From Bradymonadia bacterium (GTDB taxonomy: Bacteria > Myxococcota_A > Bradymonadia > UBA7976 > UBA1532): a DNA stretch of 64,000 nt. Below, piece by piece: positions 28,603 through 36,972 of this stretch. A program made the translations under genes and the position numbers. Position 1 is the first letter of the stretch. The number at the start of each line of letters is the position of its first letter. Below the pieces are notes generated by a model, which saw only the letters and a program-made list of their open reading frames with translations, had not been told where the DNA came from and did not search any database. The stretch is from positions 96,001 through 160,000 of the forward strand of contig JBKAGE010000037.1 of assembly GCA_046290225.1 (NCBI GenBank), written 5' to 3'.

Positions 28603-30993
28603 ATGACTGCTGTCAAAACTAGTCTGAAGTCCAAGCTGATCCGTAGCACCACTGTCACCCTGACTGTGGTGGGCTTACTGACTCTGGTCTCGGTGGCATG
28701 GCTGCAGTATCGCGGCGCCGAGTCTCACCAGAAAGATGTCGAGTCCTACATCAAGGAAGGCATCGACAAGAAGGGGCAGGTGCTCGCCAGCAACCACGCG
28801 CTGGCGCTGCAGGGTCTCTTCGAGGACAACGCCTTCTCCGCGGTTCAAGAGCTCATCTCGAAAACAGTGGGCGATGATGCCGATCTCGCCTATGGCCTGG
28901 TGCTCGACGAGAACATGAAGCCGTGGATCTTCGCCGAGAACCAGTCAGGCAAGCTGATCAAGGCCGACAAGGCCAAGGCCGGTAAAGCCCTCGGCACGCT
29001 CGGTATCTCCGAAGAGATGCTCGAGGCAGAAAAGGGCGTCACCGCCCGCAAGGTCATGTTCAACGGAGAAGAGATCTACGAGTTCTCGGCCCACATCATC
29101 GTCGATGAGGAAGATCTCGGCTCGCTCCGATATGGCTTGTCCACCCGACGCATGCAGCAGGCTGTGGCTTCGGCAGCAGAGGCGTCGCAGTCGGCGCTGA
29201 TTCAGGCCCTGGCGATCTTGTCGGGCATCTGCTTGCTGGGGATCATCGGTGGGGTGCTCAACACCCGACGCACGGCACAGAACATCACTGGCCCGCTCAA
29301 CGCCCTCACCGAAGCAGCCCACGCCATCGCCGAGGGTGATCGCAGCCGCTCGGTCCAGATCTCCAGCGGCGACGAGCTCGAGGTCCTCGGCGGCACGTTC
29401 AACCAGATGGTGGCCGATCTCAACGCCTCGTATGCCGAGCTCGAAGAGATGAATGCTGGCCTCGAGCAGATGGTGGAAGAGCGCACTCGGGACCTCAAGC
29501 AGAAGACCGACGATGTGGTGGCCATGCTGCAGAACATTCAGCAGGGCCTCTTCACGGTGCTGCCGGGCATGGAGATTCACCCGGAGTATTCAGCCCACCT
29601 CGAGAGCATCCTTGGTACAGCTCAGATCGCAGGCCGCTCGCTGCACGATGTGTTGTTCATCGCCACCGATTTGGGCTCCGACGCCATCAACAGCGCCGAG
29701 GTGGCCCTGGGCTGCACCCTCGGTGAAGACGCCATGATGTTCGAGTGGAACAACCACTTGCTGCCCACGGTCTTCCACTATGAGACGTCCGATGGTCGCG
29801 ACTTGATCCTCGAGGCAGACTGGAACCCCATTGTGGAAGAGGACGATACCCTCAGCCGCCTGATGGTGTCTCTCCGCGACGTGACCGAAATTCGTCGCTT
29901 GCAGGCGGAAGGCGCAGCCCAAGAGCGCCAGTTGGCCATCGTGGGTCAGCTGCTGGCCATGAAGCCCGGTGAGTTCGAGCGCTTCTACGACAACAGCTCT
30001 GCCTTCATCGCCCGTAACCGCGAGCTGGTGGCCGTGAACGAGCGCCCTGGTGACGAGGTGATCACCGAGCTGTTCCGCAACATGCACACGGTGAAGGGCA
30101 ACGCCCGCTTCATGGGTCTGAAGTTCCTCAACGATCTCGTCCACGAGGCTGAGGAAGACTACGATCGCTTCCGTCAGGATGCCGAGGCGGAGTGGTCCTC
30201 CGAAGCGCTCATCACCCGCCTCGACGGTGTGCAGAAGGCCCTCGACGAGTACCGCGATGTACAAAATGAGAAGCTCGGCGGTCGCAGCGCATCTTCTGAT
30301 GGTGGCGCGATCCAGAGCGCTCTCGAGGGGCTGCTTGAGCAGGTGCGTTCGGGGGCCGAGTTCTCGAACGAGGCGCTGATTTCGCGTCTCGAGGCTGTGG
30401 GCCGCGCCGGTGAGGTGGAGACCCTCGGCTCGATTCTGGAGAACACGGTGGAGGGCCTCGCGGAGATCGCCGAGGCCTTGAACAAGCCCACCCCGGAGGT
30501 GGTGATCGAGCCTGCGGACATCGAGGTGCCCGCAGAGCTGGCCCCCACCTTGAGAGATGTCTTCAACCACATGCTCCGCAACGCTGTGGATCATGGCATC
30601 GAGAAGCCCGATGATCGCACCCACGCAGGCAAGGATCCTCAAGGGCGCATCACCTTGCAGGTGGACGCGAGCGAAGGCGAGCTGGTGGTGGAGATCTTCG
30701 ACGACGGTCGGGGGCTCAACCTGATGGCCCTCGGCGCTGCTCACGAGGCGCTGCACACCGCCGCCGGCAAAGAAGCCCCTGCACACCCCGCGGACGAAGA
30801 GCTCGCCCGGGTGATCTTCGCCTCTGGGGTGTCGACGGCAAAGACGGTGACCGATATTTCTGGTCGTGGCGTAGGCATGGAGGCGGTGAAGGCCTTCCTG
30901 CAATCGAAGGGTGGAGATGTGGAAGTGCGCTTCCGCGGCCCTCGTCAGGGTGCTTACCGCCCCTTCGCCCTGGTGATGCGCCACCCGATCTGA
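28603..30993 (+). CDS. Membrane-bound CheA-like histidine kinase: TM-periplasmic sensor-TM-HAMP-PAS-like-Hpt-HATPase, no CheW domain
   Basis: Two TM helices, HAMP (ITGPLNAL...DELEVLGGTFNQM), Hpt LFRNMHTVKGNA, CheA-type HMLRNAVDHGIE, DDGRG and STAKTVTDISGRGVGM. The protein ends right after the ATPase domain. Confidence 0.9.
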   Translation: MTAVKTSLKSKLIRSTTVTLTVVGLLTLVSVAWLQYRGAESHQKDVESYIKEGIDKKGQVLASNHALALQGLFEDNAFSAVQELISKTVGDDADLAYGLVLDENMKPWIFAENQSGKLIKADKAKAGKALGTLGISEEMLEAEKGVTARKVMFNGEEIYEFSAHIIVDEEDLGSLRYGLSTRRMQQAVASAAEASQSALIQALAILSGICLLGIIGGVLNTRRTAQNITGPLNALTEAAHAIAEGDRSRSVQISSGDELEVLGGTFNQMVADLNASYAELEEMNAGLEQMVEERTRDLKQKTDDVVAMLQNIQQGLFTVLPGMEIHPEYSAHLESILGTAQIAGRSLHDVLFIATDLGSDAINSAEVALGCTLGEDAMMFEWNNHLLPTVFHYETSDGRDLILEADWNPIVEEDDTLSRLMVSLRDVTEIRRLQAEGAAQERQLAIVGQLLAMKPGEFERFYDNSSAFIARNRELVAVNERPGDEVITELFRNMHTVKGNARFMGLKFLNDLVHEAEEDYDRFRQDAEAEWSSEALITRLDGVQKALDEYRDVQNEKLGGRSASSDGGAIQSALEGLLEQVRSGAEFSNEALISRLEAVGRAGEVETLGSILENTVEGLAEIAEALNKPTPEVVIEPADIEVPAELAPTLRDVFNHMLRNAVDHGIEKPDDRTHAGKDPQGRITLQVDASEGELVVEIFDDGRGLNLMALGAAHEALHTAAGKEAPAHPADEELARVIFASGVSTAKTVTDISGRGVGMEAVKAFLQSKGGDVEVRFRGPRQGAYRPFALVMRHPI

Positions 30994-31006
30994 GCGGCCC
31001 CTGCCA

Positions 31007-31852
31007 TCACTCTTTCGCCACGGCAGCTTGCCTCACTCCATAATCCGCATCACATCGCAGCTGATGGACCAGGGCGTCGTCGAGATACTTCCGCTCGAGC
31101 ACGGCCTTGCGCACCCTGACGTCCTCGTCACGGGCCAGACGGCTCAAGACCCCACGGGGCAGGTTGGGGTTTCGGGCCACGATGCATCTCAACTCTACGT
31201 GCCTGGACTCCGAGAGCGCGTCGAGGAGATGTCCGGGGGCGTTGGCATTGCCTGCCACCTGACGTTCGAGGCCATAGGCGTTCACCAGGTGCTCGAGCAG
31301 CCACTGCTCCGATCGCCGCTCGGCGAAGATCCGCCGCTCATGGGTGCTGACGAAGTTGAGCATGTGCCGCCACACGAAGGGTGAGAGATCGATCTCGCGA
31401 AACCAGCTCTGATGGTAGAGGTGCATGCTGGCCATGCCATTGACCTTGCGATTCTGCATCCACGTGGACAACTTCACGTTCTGAAGACACAGCAAGATGA
31501 CGTGCAGCTCGGTGAGCCTGGCGTCGGCGTCGCGGACATCAGGCCAGCCCATCTGCTCAGCGACAGCATCCACGTGCTTTGCCAGACCGAGCAGACACCC
31601 ATAGGTCATCGGAAACGGCCACTGCGGCTCGGCGAGCTTGAAGAACTTCAAGGCGGGGTTGGCCGCCACCCCCTCGGCCTGCTCGGGCAACAACGCCACG
31701 AGCAGGCCCCATGGAGCGTTGGGGTGCCGGGCGATGAGATCTCTGACCTTCCGGGCGCCGCGCCGATCAGTGTTGATGCTGCGGTTGATCTCCCGCAGTC
31801 GCGCTCCGGTGGTCTCCACATTTCGAAGCTCTTCTTCGAATGGCAATGCCAT
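31007..31852 (-). CDS. Leucine-rich-variant/HEAT-like repeat protein
   Basis: Repeats IARHPNAP, VAANPAL, VAGNANAP, VARNPNLP...LARDEDVRVRKAV. Coupled to the upstream gene through TGATG. Confidence 0.75.
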   Translation of the reverse strand: MALPFEEELRNVETTGARLREINRSINTDRRGARKVRDLIARHPNAPWGLLVALLPEQAEGVAANPALKFFKLAEPQWPFPMTYGCLLGLAKHVDAVAEQMGWPDVRDADARLTELHVILLCLQNVKLSTWMQNRKVNGMASMHLYHQSWFREIDLSPFVWRHMLNFVSTHERRIFAERRSEQWLLEHLVNAYGLERQVAGNANAPGHLLDALSESRHVELRCIVARNPNLPRGVLSRLARDEDVRVRKAVLERKYLDDALVHQLRCDADYGVRQAAVAKE

Positions 31853-33984
31853 CAGCCGTGCTCCACATTGCGCAGCAGCCTGATCAGGCGGCGGGTCTCA
31901 CCGCGGATCGGCTGGGTGTACGCCCGCATCATGGCCTGACGTTCCGGGCTCAGCGTGGGATCGGCAAGCACGTCGAGGTTGGCGTTGAGCTGCTTTACGA
32001 CCCTGGGGGCGCTGAGAGAGATCTTGACCGCTTTCTGGCTCAACGCATAGCGATAACAGTCTGCAGCGGTGAACGGCAGGGGCTGGCCACCTCGCGCCTT
32101 CAGCATCTGGCCATAGCACAGGTTGCTGAAGGTGATGATCTCCGCCCCGCAGGCTTCGGCGAGGGGCATGACCTCTGCTTCGGCGCTGTGGTGCCCGGCG
32201 CTGTGGCGGATCATGAGGGTGGGCCACCCCTGATGCAGGGCTTCGAGGGCCAGGCCTCGATCGTGTGTCGAGAGTCCGAAGGTGCTCACATCACCTCGGG
32301 CCCGGGCTTCCCACAACAACTCGGCGTTCTGCGCCGAGAGCCGGGCTTTCGACCGCACCCAGAACAAGATGAAGGCGGTCACCTTCGAGATGCCCAGAGT
32401 CGTTTTCATCTGTTCGAGATCTCGAGCGATGTCCCGGGGCTCGCTGGCAAAGGTACCGCCGATGATCGACAACGCCCGCCGCTGCGGATCGGGCAAACTG
32501 CGCAACCACCGGGTGAGGGCTGCGTACTCCGGCTCCCAGAAGAATGTGTTCACGCCCATGGACAGGGCCAGCTCATAGCCTTCCTCGGGGAGCCCGTACC
32601 GGCCAGAGATCGCGAGGGCGCTCACCGCGTCTCCACCAAGGGTCCTCTGCGCCCGTGGCGGCCCTGCGCCCTCGCGGCGCCCAGGTGGCATCCACACCCG
32701 GGGCTCGGTACGCATGGGAAAATAAGGGCCGGTATGGCGCAACGAGACCGGCTCACTCTCGAACACCGAGGCGCCTTGAAGCAGCGCAGGCGCGTAGCTG
32801 TGCAGCGCTTCACCCTCACCATGCACACAGGCCACGGCGGCGGCGATCACCCGCCAGGACGGCTCACACTCCACAGAGTCGAGGATCGCCTGGGCCTCCA
32901 TCTTGCTCATCTGGGCAGCCCGCAGACGATGCGTCGGGGGTGGCGCGCCCATACACCTGACCCCTTGCATTCGGGCCATGGGCGCGCCTCGGGCCCAGGC
33001 CAGAGCCCGAGGTGGACTCTCTGGCCACTCCAGAATCAGCGCTGGGAGATCCTTGCGGATCAGGGCATCAGAGGCTTCTCCATGTCGTTCGAGGAGAGCA
33101 AGTGCCCAGTCCACGGCATATGGCACCCGATCATCGCGCAGCCACGACAGTGCCCTGCGCCAGTGATGCAGCTCGCCGACACGAACCAACACCGCAGCGA
33201 CCACCCGGCGCATCTCAGCCATCCAGTCGTCGAGAGGATAGCCATCCTGGTGACCCACCAGTGGAATCAGCCGTTCGAGCTCTGAGGCGAGGGCTTCCGG
33301 GGGTGTATGACGCAGCTGAGCCACCATCACCGCCGGATCATCATCCCACCAGGAGGCGTCGAGCCACACAGGATCAGGTGGGTGGGGCACATCGGTCCGG
33401 CCTTCGAGACAGGCCCAGAGATATGCCACGGCGTGATCGCGGCATACATCACCGGCCTCGCCCCTGGACAACACCGCACGTAAACGCTCCGGCTCTCTCT
33501 CGGTGAGCGCCAGCAGCCTGTGTGCAGCATCACGCCGTACTCGCCAGACGGGATCGTCGAGGGCCGCCGCGACCCGCCCGGGATCATCTGTGGCTCTGCA
33601 GGCCACTCGACGCACGAGCGGTGCTGGATCAACAGCGATGACATCTTCCCAGCGCACATCGTCCGCCGACGCCATGGTGATAAGGGCCCGAACAGCTTCG
33701 AGTCTCACAGGACCCGACGGGTGTTGCATGGCGGACCACAGCTGCTGCTGTGTCATGGGCGATGACCAGCTGCGCCCCAATCGTCGTACCGCCTTCAGCA
33801 CGACCCCTTCCTCGCAGCCTCCCACCTCAATGGCTGCCTCGACGAGATCACACAGAGCCACTTCCACCGCAGGATGACTCTGTCGTTCGAGGCCCGCCAG
33901 CGCGGCCATGCGCTGGCCAGGGACCCAGAGGGCATAGGTGAGGGCGCGGATCTCTTCGGGGATGGTGGCTGAGGGTGTCGGCAT
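31852..33984 (-). CDS. HEAT-repeat / aldo-keto reductase-like fusion protein
   Basis: Start moved to MPTPSAT so it does not overlap the CsoR gene. N-terminal HEAT repeats (HPSGPVRLEAVRAL, DDPVWRVRRDAA). C-terminal AKR-like region (RTLG...VSALAISG, ARGDVSTFGLSTH, SAPRVVKQLNANL). Confidence 0.8.
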   Translation of the reverse strand: MPTPSATIPEEIRALTYALWVPGQRMAALAGLERQSHPAVEVALCDLVEAAIEVGGCEEGVVLKAVRRLGRSWSSPMTQQQLWSAMQHPSGPVRLEAVRALITMASADDVRWEDVIAVDPAPLVRRVACRATDDPGRVAAALDDPVWRVRRDAAHRLLALTEREPERLRAVLSRGEAGDVCRDHAVAYLWACLEGRTDVPHPPDPVWLDASWWDDDPAVMVAQLRHTPPEALASELERLIPLVGHQDGYPLDDWMAEMRRVVAAVLVRVGELHHWRRALSWLRDDRVPYAVDWALALLERHGEASDALIRKDLPALILEWPESPPRALAWARGAPMARMQGVRCMGAPPPTHRLRAAQMSKMEAQAILDSVECEPSWRVIAAAVACVHGEGEALHSYAPALLQGASVFESEPVSLRHTGPYFPMRTEPRVWMPPGRREGAGPPRAQRTLGGDAVSALAISGRYGLPEEGYELALSMGVNTFFWEPEYAALTRWLRSLPDPQRRALSIIGGTFASEPRDIARDLEQMKTTLGISKVTAFILFWVRSKARLSAQNAELLWEARARGDVSTFGLSTHDRGLALEALHQGWPTLMIRHSAGHHSAEAEVMPLAEACGAEIITFSNLCYGQMLKARGGQPLPFTAADCYRYALSQKAVKISLSAPRVVKQLNANLDVLADPTLSPERQAMMRAYTQPIRGETRRLIRLLRNVEHG

Positions 33985-34011
33985 GGGGTGAGAGTAGCTA
34001 TCATGCCTGCC

Positions 34012-34284
34012 ATGAGCCACCCTGATCACAGCCCGGAGCTTCATCGCCTCAACCGCATCGCTGGCCAGCTTGAAGGGGTGAGGCGCATGATCGAAGAGAA
34101 TCGATACTGTCCCGAAATCCTCGCTCAGGTTCGCGCGGTGCACTCGGCCCTGAAGGGCCTGGAGGCGCAGATTCTCAAACGTCACATCAACCACTGCCTC
34201 CGAGCGGCGATCCACTCAGACGATGAGTCGGCCATCGCCGAGCAGGTCGACGCCGTGGTTGATCTCTTCAGGAAGCAGTCATGA
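34012..34284 (+). CDS. CsoR/RcnR-family metal-sensing transcriptional repressor
   Basis: RLNRIAGQLEGVRRMIEENRYCPEILAQVRAVHSAL...HINHC, with an N-terminal MSHPDH. Confidence 0.93.
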   Translation: MSHPDHSPELHRLNRIAGQLEGVRRMIEENRYCPEILAQVRAVHSALKGLEAQILKRHINHCLRAAIHSDDESAIAEQVDAVVDLFRKQS

Positions 34285-36140
34285 CTACAGTGCCTGCCCC
34301 CATCGCCCACGTGAGGCACCTCCTCGACACCGAGGCGCCCACGCTCACTCTGGTCAACGCCCTCGAAGAGCTGCCGAAACTGCTGAAGGGAGACCAGCAC
34401 GCGGCATCGAGGGCACTGTTCATCGAGGTGCTGAAGCACCCACACTGGCAGTTGCGGAGCGCCGCAGCCCGACAACTCGGCCACCTCGGCCCTGACGATC
34501 CCACGGGGGCAGAGCCCCTCGGCGCCGGCCGAGCGGCGCTGTGGCACAACGCCATGCACGATGACGTGCCCTGGTCTCGGAGCGCTGCTCGCTGGGCTCT
34601 GCGCACCCGTATTCAGGTGCTCGCGACTGACCCCCAGAGCACTGCGCAGTCCGATCAGTTCACCGAGGCCGTCGTCGAGAGCCTCACCACAGCAGACTCG
34701 ACCACCAAACGTCGAGCTCTGGCATTGATGGTCTCGCTCGACCTGCAAGTGCACCCGGATCGCCTTGCCCCTGCGCTCACTGATCCGGACTGGGCGGTGC
34801 GGGCTGCCGCCATCGACGCGCTGAGCCCTCACCGCCTGGCCAGCCCTGCCCTCTCTCACGTACTCCTCGACGCCCTGCACGACACAGCGCCTGGCGTGCG
34901 CGAGGCCGCGGCAGCAACGGCTGCGACGTTCTACAGCAGGGGCATGCCCCTCGATGACAACATCGCCGCTCAGCTGGCTCGTCAGACTGATGACGAAGAT
35001 GGCGCCGCCCGCCAGGGCGCTCTGGAAGCCCTGGCCTGTTGTAAACAGACACAAGCAGTCGAGTTGCGATTGCAGATGGGCATCAAAGCCCTCGGAGACG
35101 ATCACAGCCGCGTGCGCGGTCAGGGCGCTGCCCTGCTGGCACGCCTGGGCACGGAGGCTGCGCCTGCCCTCGACGATCTCATCGCCCATCTGGACGATCC
35201 AGCAGAGTCGGTCCGGCTCACCGTGCACGACACGCTGCAACAGCTCGGCCGCGACGACCAGCACACTCAACAGCGTCTCTGGAAGGCCTTGGAGGCGCCA
35301 CGGGCCCATCAGAGAGTGGCGGCCCTCAAACTGCTCAAAGATCTGCACACGAAAGGGCCGGTACCCCTCAAGGGTGCAGATCTCGAGGGGCTGCTCCACC
35401 AGCCCTCGGGGCAACTCTGGCAAGCGGCGATGTGGTTGATCAACTGGGCGCCGCTGTCGTCTGCAGACACCGCGGAGGTGCTCGTACGGGGTGCCCGCAA
35501 CCCTGATCCCACCATCCGCACGCGCTCGCTCAAGGCGATGCTCGAGCGTCAGGGTGATCTCTCTGCCACGCAGTTGACCCCCACTCTGCTCTGGTCACTG
35601 CGTGACACATCTCGTCAGGCCCGCAAACACTCTGTGGGGCTCGTCGAGCGTCTGCTCCGACACTCTGCGACGCACGCGCATGCCCTCACCCTCTGGCCTC
35701 AGCTGATCCGTCGACTCGCCGACCTGGAGCCTCGGGTGAACCGCGCCGCCTTTTCGGTCTTCAACGCACACTTTCAGACGCTCTCCCCCTGGCTGGGTAA
35801 CCCGGGGCCCTATGCCCAGGCCGTCTGGGTGTGCCTCCGCATCCACTTGATGCAGCCCGGGCACGACCTCCACCGGCAGAGCCGCTACCTGGAGCGAGTG
35901 CATGGTCACATCAGCTGGTATGGTCAATTGATTCAGCGCCGAGAGGCGCATCACGGCCGTCCTGATCCCTTCGAGACACACCCGCCGCCGTCGATGCCCC
36001 ACGACGTCATTCAGGCCTCGGAAGAGGCGATCCGACTCGCAGAGCTCTTCGGCGATCTGGGGCACCGAAAGTCAGGGCACTGGATGAAAGCCCGCGAGGG
36101 GGCCTGGCTGGCTGCAGCGTGGGTTCAGGCTCGGGGTTAG
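34281..36140 (+). CDS. HEAT-repeat protein
   Basis: Many DxxxxVRxAA repeats (HPHWQLRSAAA, DPDWAVRAAAI, DTAPGVREAAA). ATGA overlap with the regulator. Confidence 0.82.
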   Translation: MTTVPAPIAHVRHLLDTEAPTLTLVNALEELPKLLKGDQHAASRALFIEVLKHPHWQLRSAAARQLGHLGPDDPTGAEPLGAGRAALWHNAMHDDVPWSRSAARWALRTRIQVLATDPQSTAQSDQFTEAVVESLTTADSTTKRRALALMVSLDLQVHPDRLAPALTDPDWAVRAAAIDALSPHRLASPALSHVLLDALHDTAPGVREAAAATAATFYSRGMPLDDNIAAQLARQTDDEDGAARQGALEALACCKQTQAVELRLQMGIKALGDDHSRVRGQGAALLARLGTEAAPALDDLIAHLDDPAESVRLTVHDTLQQLGRDDQHTQQRLWKALEAPRAHQRVAALKLLKDLHTKGPVPLKGADLEGLLHQPSGQLWQAAMWLINWAPLSSADTAEVLVRGARNPDPTIRTRSLKAMLERQGDLSATQLTPTLLWSLRDTSRQARKHSVGLVERLLRHSATHAHALTLWPQLIRRLADLEPRVNRAAFSVFNAHFQTLSPWLGNPGPYAQAVWVCLRIHLMQPGHDLHRQSRYLERVHGHISWYGQLIQRREAHHGRPDPFETHPPPSMPHDVIQASEEAIRLAELFGDLGHRKSGHWMKAREGAWLAAAWVQARG

Positions 36141-36165
36141 AGCTCCGCTGTTTTGCCAGGGATTC

Positions 36166-36861
36166 TCAGAACGAGTACGCAGCGCCGACGTTGAAGGCCG
36201 CCTCGAGGGTGGAGAACGGCTGCCCTTCTTCGTCAGTCATGGTCATGTCGTCACTCTCGGGGGTCAGCTCGCCGCTGCGGTAGATGATGTCGATGCCTGC
36301 CTTCAGGTTGAAGTGCTCGTTGGCGTAGAAGGCGAAGCCGATGTCACCACGGGCGGCCACACCGGCGAGCGTGCTCTCTTGCTTGAGACTGCTCGAGCCC
36401 GTCACGGGCGTCTCCCGAGTGCCTGTAAAGCCGCCGATGCCGATGCCCGGCTTGAAGAAGAAGCTGCTGCCCAGACGCACATAGTAGTTCGCCATCAAGA
36501 ACCCGATGATCCCCGAGTCATCCGACGTGGCCTCTGCCACCGTACCGTTGATGTCGGTCTCGTCCGTCCTCGAGCGGAGGAAGAAGTTCACGTTCAGGCC
36601 CAGAGCCAGGTTGTCCATGATGAAGTAGCGGGGGGTGAGGCCCACTGTGTAGCTGAGATCCGTGGTCGTGTTCGTCGTCGTGTCCGAGACCTCCACCGTG
36701 TTCTGGCGGTAGAGCAGCAGATTCTCGAAGCCCAGCTCGAAGACCCCCTTCTGGATCTTCGTCCAGCCACGGTGGTTCCCGCCTACGGTGCGGGCATGGG
36801 CAGAGGTGGCGATGCAGGCCATCGACAGGGCCAGGGCGAAAACGGACAAACGGCGGATCAT
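36166..36861 (-). CDS. Outer-membrane beta-barrel protein
   Basis: Signal peptide ending SAHA, alternating beta-strand pattern, terminal AYSF. GAGGAG RBS. Confidence 0.85.
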   Translation of the reverse strand: MIRRLSVFALALSMACIATSAHARTVGGNHRGWTKIQKGVFELGFENLLLYRQNTVEVSDTTTNTTTDLSYTVGLTPRYFIMDNLALGLNVNFFLRSRTDETDINGTVAEATSDDSGIIGFLMANYYVRLGSSFFFKPGIGIGGFTGTRETPVTGSSSLKQESTLAGVAARGDIGFAFYANEHFNLKAGIDIIYRSGELTPESDDMTMTDEEGQPFSTLEAAFNVGAAYSF

Positions 36862-36972
36862 GACGCGTGCTCCTCAACATGTGCACAGTGCGGGCGGAGT
36901 ATAGCGCTCGGTGCCGCGCATACCAGCACCCCATCAGATTGAAGGCATCCCTGCCGACGCGCGTACCCCTGA

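Noticed and set aside
33985..34215. Upstream extension of the HEAT-AKR ORF
   Set aside because: It is antisense to the clear CsoR gene. ATG 33984 is the better start.
34012..34284. Regulator as FrmR for the frmA/fghA genes
   Set aside because: It has Ser rather than Pro at position 2, carries a metal-type H-C-H-C fingerprint, and lies about 29 kb from those genes.
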